NCBI RefSeq assembly: GCF_009914755.1
Contig: NC_060937.1
Strand: one strand, 5' to 3'
DNA: 64,000 nt
Origin: the human T2T-CHM13v2.0 reference genome, Homo sapiens
The position numbers and the translations under genes were made by a program. Below the pieces are notes generated by a model. The model did not search any database. It worked only from the letters and a program-made list of their open reading frames with translations, and was not told the DNA's origin. The stretch's first letter is position 1; each line of letters opens with the position of its first letter. Positions 43,690-60,987 of this stretch are shown in pieces.

Positions 43690-45071
43690 CACACACACAC
43701 ACGCACACATTCTTGCTTATGCTGCAAATAAATTTTGTGGAATTTGATTGGGATTGGGATCCTCTCAGGACACAGTGGCCTTTGGCTGTCGGAGATGCTG
43801 ATAGCATCTTGAGACATTGCACTGTCTGCATAAAACCTCTGCAGATGCTTCCCGCATGGAATGCACTAAGAGAGGCCCCCTTGATTGTGGGAACTTTCCT
43901 GCTGCATTCTATGGGACAGGAAGCTGACCCCCAAAGTCTAATTCCACAGTCCTTACTCAAGCAAAATTCATTTCAGTGGACCAAATGTGTTTGTGTGCAA
44001 ATACTTACACATTTAAGGAATCAGCCCATTAAAAAAATCTTCAAGATGACCATTTATCGGGAAGGAAAGATCTATTTAATATTAATAATGTTCAGTACTG
44101 CTTATTGAAAAATATTAGAATTTTACAGTATGTGCTGTAGTATCATTGCTCTATTGCATTTGATGGCTTAGTCTCTATCTCTGTTTGAAAAGCGACTGTT
44201 AGGACAGTCTTATGCTGGGTGACTGACTGAAGTGAACCCTTAGGTGTTTTCTCAGCAGTCAAACACACTGGCCTGACTAAACCCAGCTTCAATTTGCTGG
44301 TGACAGCTGATGAGCTAAGTGCATGAGATAACCCAGCAGCACACAGGAGTGGAAAGAGGCCAGGGAAATGTGGGTGGGATTTGACAGTAACTAGGAGTTA
44401 GCACTGGGTCTCAGGGACATGGCTCCCGCATGATGTGCGTGAAAGGCCAGCATCAGGACACGGTACAAGGTTATTTTTATTTGGGATACTGACAAGAATA
44501 TAGCCAATTTGAAGAGTGTATGTTAACTGTATCTATGACAGACTGTTGACCTGGTTGCACAGAGCATTCCACGTCAAGTACTCTCCCAGGCTTTATACCA
44601 TCCCTTTTGGAATAGGGAGGGGAGATGCCACACCAGGGATGGTCTGAGTTCTGAAGGGGTGTGTATCTTGCCTGACGTCTCTGCAGCTGCGCAGTGTCCT
44701 GAGCTTTCCTGATAGCAATAGTAGCTCTCTGTACACACAGCCTGGGCTGCATGGTCTGGCGGCATCACACCAGCCCTGATGTATGGCACTGTGTGGCATC
44801 AGACTGCATGAATGGGTAGGCAGCAGAGCCAGCCAACTCAGCTCATGCAATATAACCAGACAGAGTTTCCCAAGGAGTTAAGGAAACACCCCAAGCAAAA
44901 GACCAGAGCACGTTGTCCCAGGGCCTGCCTTGACTTAGGGACCGAACACAGGTTTCATCGGGAAAGGGCAGGTACTCTGTGCCCCAGTTTCCTCATCCTT
45001 ACAAAGTGGAGATAACAGCCCCTTCCTCACACGTGAATTGTGTTAACTTAGTGTTAGCTATTATTTTGAAG

Positions 45072-45200
45072 CCTGCTTGCCTGCCTTCCTTCCTTCCCTC
45101 CTCCCTTTCTTCCTTCCTTCTTTCCTTCCTTCCCTCCTTCCTTCCTTCTTTCCTTTCTCTCTCTCTCCCTCTCTCCCTCCCTCTCCCACCGTCTCTCTGT
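45072..45200. repeat. (CCTT/CT)n polypyrimidine tract
   Basis: ccttccttccttccctcctccctttcttccttcc... Confidence 0.92.
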
Positions 45201-47482
45201 TTCTCCATCTACACCCCTTACTCCAACCCTTTTCTTTTTTTTTTCCTTATCACTTTTTGGACCTCAAGTGCAGAGTAATTTTTTTTCATTGAAACACATT
45301 GCATGTATTATTTAATACAATTTGCCTTTTCTTTCTGAAACAAATCAGATTTGGACCTAAGTACTCATCAATTTCTGCAAACAACTGGTCCACTACCTCC
45401 CTGAGAAATTTGCCTGATCCTAAGGTTGGTTTAGGTGTTATTCTCTGGTTCTATTGTTATTATAATTTGAGTAACTACTTATGTGGGTTTATTGCCCATT
45501 AACCTGTTAGGACCCCAAGAGAAGGACATGTTTCTTGTTCGCTTTGAGTCTCCAGCATTGACTCAGAGGAAGTCTCAATAAAGATTTAGGTATGAACGAG
45601 AAGAAAATTACTCAGATGCACTTTGACCTGACTCTCAAGATCCCCGAGCAACATAAGCCACTCAACCAGTGCCATCTCCTTCTATGTAAAACCCAGTCAG
45701 CATAATCCAGGTAACCTTACTTACTATATGGTTTCTCTAGAGCCTATTGAAATGTTAAAATAGGCCTGCAGACCTTTATTACTGTCGATGAAGTTTTTTA
45801 GGAATCTATGTACACCAATTTGGAACCACTCCTAAGGACAGTGATGTATGGAAATGCTGTATTCCCATTATATTTTAAGTACATTTTCAAGAGTACTGTT
45901 AAGTAAGGATATTTAAATTGCTGTTACGTGACGTTAGTTCTGGAACACATTTCTTTTTTCACAAGTTAAATCCTTAAGTCAAACAGGAATTCTGTGGCTT
46001 AGAACACCTTTTAGGTGACCCACTGGTTAAGTCCAGGAAAAGTATAATACAGAAACTTTTGTTGAAATGGAATTTGGTATATCTTATTAACAAACGGTAA
46101 TGTTAGCTAACACTTACAAAATTTTTATTATATGCCAGATGCTGTTTTAAATGTGTTAATCCTTACAACAAGCCTACAAAGATTGGTATACCATCATTAG
46201 CATGCCCATTTTACAATGAGAGACTGGAAGCACCAGGAAGGTAAGGAACTTGGCAAAAGTTATGCAGCCCATGAAGAGTGAGGCATCTGGCTTCAGAATG
46301 GGTCTTTTTAACCACCGTGCTGTGCTACCTTAGAGTTGAGGTATAGAGCATAAAACCTATAGAGCAACAGAGCAGGATGGTTGAACATGGCTACAATTCT
46401 CAGCTCTGCCATTTCCAAGCTGTGTAACCCTGGACAAGTCACTTAACCTTTTTGAGCCTAGATTCTCCCTTTTAACTAACTGTACTTCCTTGTACCTGTA
46501 GGATTATTGCAAAACTTGAGTAGGATTACGGATGTTATGTGCTTAAAATAGTGCACTGCATGTTCTATAAGCGCAAGATATTAATTACATGGTCCCAGGC
46601 CCTCGCAGAGCCCAGCACCAAGTTCCCTAGGCCTAACACCCACTTCTATGATACCCGATGCAGTTTTATGCCAGCCTAGTTTCTACGGAAGGAATTAAGA
46701 TGAATATCTTTTGAGTTTGAATTATTTTGCCTCAAGAACTCTCTACAAACACCTCAAATCAGCCTAACTGAATTCCATCACCATTTTTTAAAATTCTTCT
46801 TGATCAAGGCCAGCTTTATGTCACTGGTTAGATTTGAAGTATAGGCATGTGTATCCCTGTCCCTCAGCCCTCCTATTGACATTAGTGCACAACTGGTTCA
46901 TCTCTGTTTTGAGCACTGCTCTCTCCTCGGGAAACCTTTCTAAATAGCCAACACCCATGAGAGGTGTAACATCAATCCCCAACATATTCATGCGAATTAG
47001 TTTATCACATCCTTTCTCAGTGCCAGGATAGTCATAGGAGTGAATTTGGGGGCAGGATTCAGGAAGAGAGGAGCTAACGTGGAGGGAGGTCAGTCAGGGA
47101 TCAGAGGAGGGTCAAAATGGAGAACTGAAAACTGATAGCTGGCCAAGGGCAATAGAAAGCAGTGACTGAAGACCCATGGCCATATTGTTTTCAGTTTTTT
47201 CTGTTATTGACTTCTGGGATTTAATTTATTAGGGAACATAGTGTCTACTTTCTACTGGATGAGTCCTTTCTCAAACAAGTGACAACGTGCAATCGTTTGC
47301 AAATCAGCCTCTAATGCCATGACCAGCATTTAGGCTGCAGGACCCTCATGTAGTCCTTTTGTGCCTTTGGGATTTTTGTATCTGTCAATCATCTTCGAAA
47401 AATGTTTAGAATGATAGTTATTCTTCTTCAAGTTGTCTTCTCCTATGTACTTATAAATAATACTGAAATATAGTAAGGCCTA

Positions 47483-47846
<364 letters not shown>

Positions 47847-50800
47847 TTATAAAGCATAGCTTAAGTCCTTGGATGAAATTGTAACAGCCCCATTGAGTTC
47901 CAGGGCTACTGAGCGCTATGTTAATTTCAGAAATGATTTTAGTTACTAACACTTCTGTTGTCGGTTTTGATATGGAATTTCCCCTTTGAGAGCTTCATGT
48001 GCCCTCGTGCTGGCACTAGGTCCAAACCAAACAAGACCTGTGATTATTTAAAGAAGGTACTTTGACTCCACAGTTCATTCATCCTTTACGGATACAAAAA
48101 TAACACATTGTTTTATCTGTGAGTATAAGAATCCTTTTTCAAAGGAAATAAAAAGAGCAGACAGTTTCCTTCCTGGCTAATTCACCAACCTCTTTAAATC
48201 TGTTAAACATAGCCACAGACACAACTTGTTCACTTGGTTTCATTTCCTAAACTCAATTTGACAAGATAGGTCAGTGTGAGGGTCCATATGCATCTAACAG
48301 GAAATAAAGTCTAAATCTAGGGAATGTTTCATAGCTACCAGGGTGGTAAGAACAATGACTCTAGAAGAAGAGTCCCATTTCAATTATAAAATTAATGAGC
48401 AGGTACCGTATTCAGCTGTTGTGAACAGCATCCTAGGATCAAATTTTAATCCAGTGAATCCAAACTCCTTCCATTCAAGATACTGCATCTGACTCACACA
48501 TGCAGGCCTTTCTAAGGTCCACATACTATTAACATTCAAAATTTCTTCCTGTGCAAAGTTATATTCTTATATAGACTTGAAACCTGCCTCTTGGAAATTT
48601 CACTACCATCTCCCTTCCTTGGTTCTAGTTATCTTTTCTGGTGTGTCAAAGAATGAGTTAAATGCCTCTTCTGTCAGAAAGCTCCTAAACTATTTCAAGA
48701 AAACAATCTTGTTACCCCCATGTTGTCTCTTTTTTGGACTAAGTATCCTCATTTTCTGGCACTATTCTATTCCTATCCAGGATATAGCGCTACTTATTTG
48801 TTTCTTTTATAAATGGGCACAATATTTCAGGTGTGGCTGGATGATTGCCAATCATGTAATCTATATTTTCAGCTAACTACTTTTTTTAAGCAAAAAAGGT
48901 TGGATATAGCCATCACTTTTATAAAAGAGAGCAAAGGAGAAGGCCAAAAAACTACAAAAAGCAGACACAAGAGTTCAAAAAGCATGGCAGTTGGGGGCAA
49001 TAATGAACAAAATAATGGAATATATAAATATATATTCCATTATATATGCCATATATTATATATATGTGGCAACCCATATGGGCAATTCAAGTGAAAATAA
49101 CCTCCACTTTTCACAAGAGTAAATGATATGGCTAACAGAAAGGTTTAGAAATTATCAGTAATGCAGTATTCTTAACATCTGACTTTTCAGAAAAGCATAA
49201 CATTAATGGGAAAAGGAATCAGCATAGGAAGTCTAGAGGCATGTAAACATGAGAGAAATGGAGAAAATAAAAATAACAGGATCACTGAAAGAGTGCTTTT
49301 GCTCAATTTTATCCTAAGTCCTTGCAGACAACTTCCTAAGGCACCTCAGGAATGAGAAGAGCAGAGGAAGGGCGGAAATATTCTGAGGTATACGTGGACT
49401 CAAGTCTCAGCCTCACCACATAGTCATTGTGCGACTTTGGGCAAGTTGTTTAACTTGAGTTTCCATCTTCCCATCTGTAGATTGAAGATACTACTATTGA
49501 CTTCTTTAGATTCTTACAAGGTTAATAGGATTAAGTATGTCACAAGTCCAGCACAGCGCCTGCACATAAAGGTCCTAAATAAATATTTCGTGCTAAGTGC
49601 TGGGCATGTGTACAGGATACAAAGATATGTCAGACAGTACTGTCTCAAAGTTTATAATTCGGTAGGGAAGAGAAGCATATCAACGCCGAAATAATAATAA
49701 AAGGCAGAATAAAATAAGTACTGACTAATGATTCCAGAAGCGGGGATTGAGAGAGCAGAGAATGAGTATCTGCCTCAGCTGTTCATCCCGGAGTACATTC
49801 CAGGGCAGAAAGCATTTCAGCTGGCCTGAGAGGATAAGAAGGATTTGGCTGGAATAGGGAATGGAGCCTACTCCAGGATGCACTAACATCACAAACAGAG
49901 GCCACGCTTGGCGTTATGTGGCAAGTCCGGCTCACTAATGGCCAAACGACTGACTCTAATCCAATATGGAAGGCCCCACGGTGCTGCTGATCTGGCCTGG
50001 AGCAGTGAAAGAATAACAGCAGGCCTCCTGCAGAGCAGACTGCTGGCGAACAGAAGGGTGGTCGTTCTGAAGGTGGGGAGAAGAAACTCACAGATGTCGT
50101 AAATGCACAGTTTTAAGCACACTGGCTTCTGAGAAACCCACATCAACCTGGCAGAAAAAGGAAGGAAGTCAAGACTTTGGGGAGACCTACAAACACGCAA
50201 AAACGTCACTGCTTCATACCCAGGCTCCTCCCAGGCCATAAGAGTCCAGCCATTGCTGCCCCATATTCCCTGGTGGAGGGGTGGGGACAGGGGAATGCAG
50301 TCATGGGGTGAGGGGAGGGGAGTCTGAGAAAAGTTCAGTTTTCTCCTCTGGTCTGCCATGACTAGACTGTGTGAGTTGGGTGAGTCAGTTCAGACCTCTC
50401 TGGAGGTTTATCACTGCTCTGTGTTTCTCATGGGGTTGTTGGGAGGATATGGGGGAAATGACGTTTGCTCTGAGGATTAGTGAGGTCTCCTTGCTCTCTG
50501 TGTTCCCTGGCCCGGCACGGCCATTCCTGAGGGCTATATGTCTGGGGTGCCTGTTAAAAGACAGATTAGCAGCTATCTGGGGAAGAAGGTGTTAAACAGA
50601 GATGCTAATAAATTGTTTCTGTATGAGCGAGCAGAAAAGTGAACATAATATTTTAGAACAAGGATTATTTGGGAGACAAAACCATTACTAAAGGTATTTG
50701 GGGAATGCTACCCTCTCACTTTTTCTGAAAGTATAAATTTGTGGTAGAGTAGTTTCAGACTTTCAGGGGGCTCTTTAAAATCATCTCCTTGTGAAAGAAT

Positions 50801-51771
50801 AAAGATGATGTTCTGTTTTAAAGGGGTTTGAATTCTCAGAGTTAAAATATTTAAGCAATGTAAGTTTCAGGGGGAAAAAAACTGAAGTACGTTGCCTTCT
50901 TCCTAGTTCCTCCCCGCAAAATACTTGCATATTCTGAAGTCGACTGGTTAGCATTTGGAAATAGGCTACTGAACAAATACCATCTTTTCACGTAAAACCT
51001 CAATATGCCATAGATATTTACATCTAAGAGGTGCCAATCTGATATTTTATGATGTTGTAAATTTTATGTTTTGGATGATTCTTAGCATTAGAGAATTGAA
51101 ACTGAGGTCGAAACTGTTTTCCAAATGTAAGCCACATGGCCATAGCCAGGGTAGGATTAGGCCTCTTTGTATTTTGCTGCTGAGCAAACTGTCTGAGACC
51201 TATAAAGAGGAAGCACTTGGAATATTTTTCTTAAATGTCATCTGTTGATTACATGTTGCTTCTTTCTGATAATATATTACAGCCCACTTCATTTTAAAAG
51301 CCAGCTTATAAAAGCATTTGGAATAGCAGCATATGTCTAACTCCTGGGAATTAGAAAAGGAAAACAAATGAACAATTTTAAGTGTGCGAGTTCCCCCTCC
51401 TCACCTACCCCCCTCCCTTTTCTTCCATTTTGGACATCTCTCTCACAGGTGTGGACTACTCTGGCCACTCTCTGTGGCAGGGCGTAATAACACAGTCAGA
51501 ACTGGGTTTCCTTTCTTCTGGGAACGACTTCTCCCGCAGACACTGTGTTCGGATTTTGGGCTCTCGAGGATGGCCAGCCAGTGTCTTCACCTTCTGCTTT
51601 GCCAGACAGAACCAGACAGTCCCTTCCCGGAGTGGCAGGGAGAGGGGAGAAGGAGGTCAGGGAAAGGAACAGACTGGAGCAGGCAGCAGGAGACTGGGAG
51701 GTGGAAAGTTAAACAAACAGGGAAATAGATGTCTGACCAATTTCTTGTTGCTTTCTTAAGCAGCTGTTTAC

Positions 51772-51903
51772 CTTGAACAGTGAGGTATGCTGAACTTTCC
51801 ACAGAGCCCTTCTGGTTGGTGGCTTTGCAGTGATAGACACCTTCATCCTCTTCTGTGACTCTTTCAATAAACAGCGTGCTGCTTCCTGGTCCTAAAATAA
51901 TTC
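51772..51903 (-). CDS. FLT1: FLT1 exon 15 (second half of Ig-like domain 7)
   Basis: CAG|GA ATT ATT TTA...GTT CAA G|GTAAA; (G)IILGPGSSTLFIERVTEEDEGVYHCKATNQKGSVESSAYLTVQ; 132 nt. Confidence 0.98.
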
Positions 51904-53354
51904 CTGAGGGGTGAGAGATGTTTAGATTAGTGGGCCTGGATGACAAACAAAAAACAGCTACTTCTGTAACACAGCCTTCTTCCTATCATTATGCATTCAG
52001 ACAAGGAAATCCGAGCTCTAGTGAACCTGGGGCAGGGTTGCTTATTTGTTTTCTCTGGGTCCAGGCTTTCTTTTTCTTTTCTTTCCTTTTTTTTTTTTTT
52101 TTTTTTTCTGCAGGCTTTCTAATAGCACCTTCACCACCCAGCAGAGCTGTGATCCCCAGCTTCGGAGATGCAAATCCACCCACCCTGTAGAAAGAAATGT
52201 GAGGCAGCTGCCATGCCCAACTTGAAAGTTGAAGATATCAAGAAGGCAGCATATCTAATAATAACAACTATCATTGACTCAACGCCCTCTGTGTGCTCGG
52301 CACTATGTGACACACTTTCATACCTTGACATTTACAACCAGCCTGTCAGCTAATATTGTCTTCCTTTTACAAATGAGGAAACTGAGATTCTGTGAGATTA
52401 AGTAACTTCACCAAGAGCATGCAGTTTGACTGAAAGCACATTTGTGACATATGGGTCAAAGGAACTAATATTTCATTTGTCATAAGGCCTGGTGAGTCAA
52501 TATAGCCTAGTGATGAAGAGTTTGCCTGGGCTGTGTTTTAATCCATGCCTTAGCGCTTCAAGCTTTGTCACTTAGGCAAGTTACTTGATCTTTCTAAGTT
52601 TCAGTTTCCTTAATCTTAAGATAAAAATGAAAGTAATTCTTACTCTATAGTAAATGGCAAGCCCATGGTACATAGTAAGTGCTCAGTAAATGTAAGCTTA
52701 AGGATTACTACAGAGCACAGTGTAGTGGAAGGAGTCCCAAGAATTTTCAGACCCCTGAAAGGCTTCAAGACCTTGAAGCTTCAATACCTTGTACTATCAC
52801 CAAGGGTCTGTTGAGTATTTACTCTGCCATCAGTTCGTGTTACAAAACAAACAGCAGGCTAAGATGTGGGCAGGCTAAGACATGGTATCTGTTGAGAAGG
52901 AAAAATTAATTCCTACCAAACACACACATTTACATTCTCTCTCTCCCACACATGCTCAACACATACACTCACACACACAAGCCAACAAATAGAAAATGTT
53001 TAATGAATGAGAATGAGTGAATACAGCACAGTATACCTAATTAAGTGGAAGGTCTGGCACAGGGAAGGAGATCAGTAAGGAAGGGTGTACTTGGGGAAGG
53101 CTGCATAGAAGAGGTGGGCCTCGAGTTGAGGTCTGAAGGATTGTCAGAGGTGAAATGAGAAACGGAAGCATGAGAAATGGCATGATGTGGAAATAAACAG
53201 GAATTGAGTACTTGTTCCAGAATAGTGATAAAACAGGCCTGGCCAGACTATAGGCTGTATTTCATTAGTTTAAATAGTTTGTATTTCTCTTATGAAAGAT
53301 GTACTCAATATAGAAAAGTTGAGAAATATTTGAAAGCTTAAAAAAAGAAAATGT

Positions 53355-55545
<2,191 letters not shown>

Positions 55546-56664
55546 CTACAATCTCACCTCCCAGATGTTGTTTCTTTAGTCTTTCTAAAGTGTACTTTCT
55601 GAAAACACAGTTTGTTCATTTATATAACAAATATTTTTTGAGCTCCTACTACGTACTAGACACTATTCTAGATACTGGTGATACACTATCAAGCAGAAGA
55701 AATCCTTGCCTACAAATTCTAGTTTTGGAGAATTACAAAGTGAGTATCAACAGATTAAGGTATTAGAGAAACCAGAGGAGACAACAATGAATTAAGTATG
55801 AACAAAAGATCTGAGGGATGGAGACAAATTATAAGGGTAATAACTTGCTTATTTTTGTAAGAAAGGAAATAAATAGCAAGAGTGGAGGATGAGCAGTATC
55901 GTCTAAAAAATTAAAAACACAAAACTTTGCTGATTTGATAGATGAAAATGATTGTTTTAATTTGTATTTCTTTGAACATTTTTTCATGTGTGTATTAGCC
56001 ATTTTTATTTCAAAAGACCTGTTTTGAGTAGGTGACTGGAAAAGGTGAATTCAGATTAAGGAGAGCTTTGAAATCTTGGTTGAGGAGTTTCAATTCCATG
56101 TAGAAGGAAAGAGAATCACAAAGATTTTTGAGCATAGTGAAAGCGACATTTAAGGACGTTCAGTCTAGAAGGAGAATACAGCTGGACTGGAATGAGGAAA
56201 GCATAGCATCTGCAAGTCCTGCTCATCAGTTGTAATTCAGGCAAGGAATGATGAGGTCTCAAATCTGGATGGTGGGAAAGGAAGTAGAGAGGAAGAAATG
56301 GAAACAGATACTTTGTAGAAACAACCTATAGGAATTGGTGCTTTACTGGATACAGCAATAGAAAAAGAGAGAGATGAGTCCAAGGTGATTCCAATATTTT
56401 AAACCCAGATAACAGGGAAAAAATGACAGCTCTTCCCCATAACCTTGGCTAAGTCACTTAATCTTTTTGGGGCAAGTTCCTTACCTGTAAAATGAGAATA
56501 ATACCTGCTCCACCTATTTCATGATCAATTGAGATAGCTTAAATGGAAGCATTGAAGCTTTGAGAAGTATAAGATATAGTACAAGTGGCAATCACAGAAA
56601 ATAAAAGTGTGGCTGTACAGTTGCTCCGGGTCAATGAACATTTATAAGAGCAGCTATCTTGCTA

Positions 56665-56952
<288 letters not shown>

Positions 56953-57641
56953 TCAAGGAGAGTGTGTAATTATGAAAGGTGAGAGATGGTAGCCAGGATG
57001 CTCATGAGCTAACATCATCTGGCACAGATTCCTCTTTCTAGCCCAAGGAGGAGAGGAGATGGGGTGAGAAGGTGTCCAAATTCAACAGGCAAAGCTCTTC
57101 TTTCTGATATGCCCTCTATTGTACTATAACAAATGACACAGAGACATTGATGCTTCCCCATCAGATAGGCCACTCAGACGCTCAGAACTGTCATCAGGCC
57201 CTTGCTCATCCTCCACTCTTGCATTTATTTCCCTTCTTACGAAAATAAGCATGTTATTACCCCTATAATTTGTCTCCATTCTTCAGATCTTTTGTTCATA
57301 CTTAATTCATTGTTGTCTCCCCAGGTTTCTCTAATACCTTAATCTGTTGATACTCACTTTATATGACCCAAATCGTAGGATACAGGCTCTGTTCTGCTGA
57401 GGAAAATACATTTTTAAAGTGGTTCTATTTTTAGTTTAATTTTAATTTTTTTGACTGTGAGCACTTTCAAAAATGTTAAAGTGCAGAAAAAGTATAACTC
57501 GTGTATCTACCATTAAGATGATCAGAGGTCAACATCTTGCCATATTTGCTTTAGGCAGACCCATTTCTGTCTTTAATATGAAATGAGATTTATAGATACT
57601 TTATCCCTTCCTTTACCCTCTCTCTCCAGAGGTACCTGAAA

Positions 57642-57712
57642 TTGTACTTTTTCTACATAGTACATGTTTTTGTACTTTTTCCACATGCATGTTTTTGTAC
57701 TTTTTCTACATA
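57642..57712. repeat. ~25 bp tandem triplication
   Basis: ttgtactttttc(t/c)acat three times, two preceded by catgttt. Confidence 0.85.
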
Positions 57713-57841
57713 GGTATATATCTGTACAGAATACAGAATATTATTTTGTGTGCTTAAAAATTCTAAATAACAGGTATTATAGATTATATATCCTTTTCAA
57801 CTTGATTGTTTTCCCATTCAGCAATGCTTTTATATTTATCC

Positions 57842-58125
<284 letters not shown>

Positions 58126-58149
58126 TCATGCTTTTTAATTGATGGCAAA

Positions 58150-59490
58150 ATGATTGATGTGAAATGGTATCTTGCTGTGGTTTTAATCTACATTTCCCTG
58201 ATTACTAGCTAGGTGAAATATTTTTATTGGCCATTCAGGTTTCTCTTTGTGTGAACTGCCTGTTTCTATCCTTTGCCCATTTTTCTGTTGTCCTATTTGT
58301 CTTTTTGTCAACGATTTTAGGGTTCTTTATATGTTTGGGATGCTAATTCTTTGTTGGCTTAATACGTTTCAAGTCTTCCTTCATTGTATGAACAGTCTTT
58401 TAAATTTCACTTATGGTAAATTTTTATTTTATTTATTTACTTATTTATTGAGATGAGGTCTCTTTCTATTGCCCAGGCTGGACTGCAGTGGCAAGATCAT
58501 AGCTCACTGCAGCCTTGAACTCTTGGGCTCAAGTGATCCTCCAGCCTCAGCCTCCTGAGTAGTTGGGATTATAGGCGTAAGCCACAGTCCCTGCCATGGT
58601 GAATTTTTAATACAAAGCTTTAAATTTTTTAACATAATCAAATTTGTCAGTATTTTTTATTAACTTTTTGTGCTTTTTGTTATTTAAGAACTCTTTTCCT
58701 ACCCTGATATCATAAAGAAAGTATACTTTCTTCATAAAATCTGTTTAAGAGATTCATTTACTATTTTGTGTTTTCTTATTTAGGTTTTTAATTGACCTAG
58801 ATTTTCTTTTGGGGAGGGGTATGTGTATGGTGTGAAGTAAGGACCTAATTTTTACCATATAAATAGCCAATGATCCCAGCATCATTTATTGAATAAGATC
58901 TTCTTTTACCACTAAGTCGTTGTGCCAGCTCTGTTCAGATACTATCTGAATTTTTTATGTTGAAGCTCCCATGTATTTGTGTATTTGTGGTTCTGTTTCT
59001 AGGCTCTTTATTTATGCACAGTGACCTATTTATCTATCCCTGTACCACATAAGTTAAATTATGATTGCTTGATAACACATCTTGATATCTGGTATGGCCT
59101 CACCAGATAGTTTTCAAAATGGTCTTGACTATTCTTGGCCCTTTATACTTCAATACTTTATACTTCAGATTTTGCTTGTCAAATTCTGTAAAAAGCACAA
59201 TTGGAATGTTTATTGGAATTCCACTGAGTTCATATTATATTATAATTTGGGGGAAATGGTCATATTTATTTTTAGGTGGAACCATATGGAATTGCCAATA
59301 CTTTGACGTACAAAAATGGCAATATGGTTCTACCAATAAGTGTTTTTATAGAAGAATATTGAGTATCTTTGAGTTATTTAGGTTTTCTTTTATGTCATTT
59401 AATAGTTTTATGATTTTCTCTTTAAATATCATGCTTTTCTTTAGTTATATTTATTCCTAGATAGATTTTAATTTTGTTGTTATGCAAAAT
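58150..59490 (-). mobile_element. Old L1 fragment (approximate) containing an Alu monomer at ~58420-58594
   Basis: T-rich antisense L1-like text: gtgaaatggtatcttgctgtggttttaat..., cccagcatcatttattgaataag. Confidence 0.7.
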
Positions 59491-59578
59491 AGTATTGAGG
59501 TCTTTGAGAGGTCACTGTATTTGAATTTTCTCTTTCCTTTTTGGGTATTAGTCTTTAGAACTAACATGTAGAACTCCC

Positions 59579-59870
59579 TTTTTTTTTTTGAGGCGGAGTC
59601 TTGCTCTGTCGCCCAGGCTAGAGTGAAGTGGTGCAATCTCGGCTCACTGCAACCTCTGCTCCCGGACTCAAGGGATTCTCCTGCCTCAGCCTCCCTAGTA
59701 GCTGGGATTACAGGTGTGCACCACCAAGCCTGGCTAATTTTTGTATTTTTAGTAGAGATGGGGTTCCACCATGTTGGCCAGGCTGGTCTCGAACTCCTGA
59801 CCTCAAGTGATTCGCCAACCTCGGCCTCCCAAAATGCTGGGATTACAGGCGTGAGCCACCGTGCTCAGCC
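59579..59870 (-). mobile_element. Alu
   Basis: Full Alu; agaactc on both flanks. Confidence 0.92.
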
Positions 59871-60606
59871 AGAACTCACTTATAAACATGATACTCTGCT
59901 TTGTGTTTCTGAGATAGTTTAATTGTAGGCCTGCTTGCTTGCTTCTAAAGGATAGCCTAAGTCATTACCATGTGCTTGTTTGTGTATTTCCTTGGCTTCT
60001 GACACTAAATACAGATTCTTTAACCACTGAAGCCATAACAATTCCCATGGAAATTCATTATTTATTTCTCTTTACTCTAAGAAGCTGTATCAGATGGACC
60101 AACAGGGCATAGAGTAGCATTTGCAAACATAGATGTCTTCAGGAGCCAGGCACGTAATATAAATGAGTTGGGGATAAAATAATGGAAGGGGGACTATGTC
60201 TCTGGAGAATAGAAAGCCTGTCTCCCACCTAAAAGCAGAAGCCTTTGCTTAGCTCCAACCTATTGAGAATTTGGGGATTTGAGTCTGGTGTTGTCTTCTG
60301 AGTTTTAGAAAGAAGGCAGAAATTTGAATTTTTTTTTTAATGTTAAAGCTCGTGATTCTTAAATGTTGGCAACCAGATCAACTTATATAGATCTACTGTG
60401 AAGGCCAATAAAAACATGGATGCAAGATATATTTGATGTAACTTAGAGTATGTACATGGGGATAAGCTTTTATGTTGTTACTAAGCAAGGACCTTCATGA
60501 TCTGGCCCCTTCCTATCTTCCCAGCTTTGCTGCCTGCTGCATCCCTACATGTGTCTTTGGTATGAGCCATGCTAATCTATTTGCAGTTTGTTCTAAGCCT
60601 CAGTGA

Positions 60607-60987
<381 letters not shown>

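Noticed and set aside
49740-50360. Unique-looking stretch with overlapping 100-156 aa ORFs, as a possible processed pseudogene
   Set aside because: No recognisable protein, poly-A tail or TSD. A BLAST or Dfam search would be needed to classify it.
51587-51946. 119-aa ORF reading through the exon 15 donor, as a possible new soluble isoform
   Set aside because: The frame stays open ~60 codons into the intron, but I saw no transcript-strand AATAAA or ATTAAA shortly downstream, and the donor is canonical.
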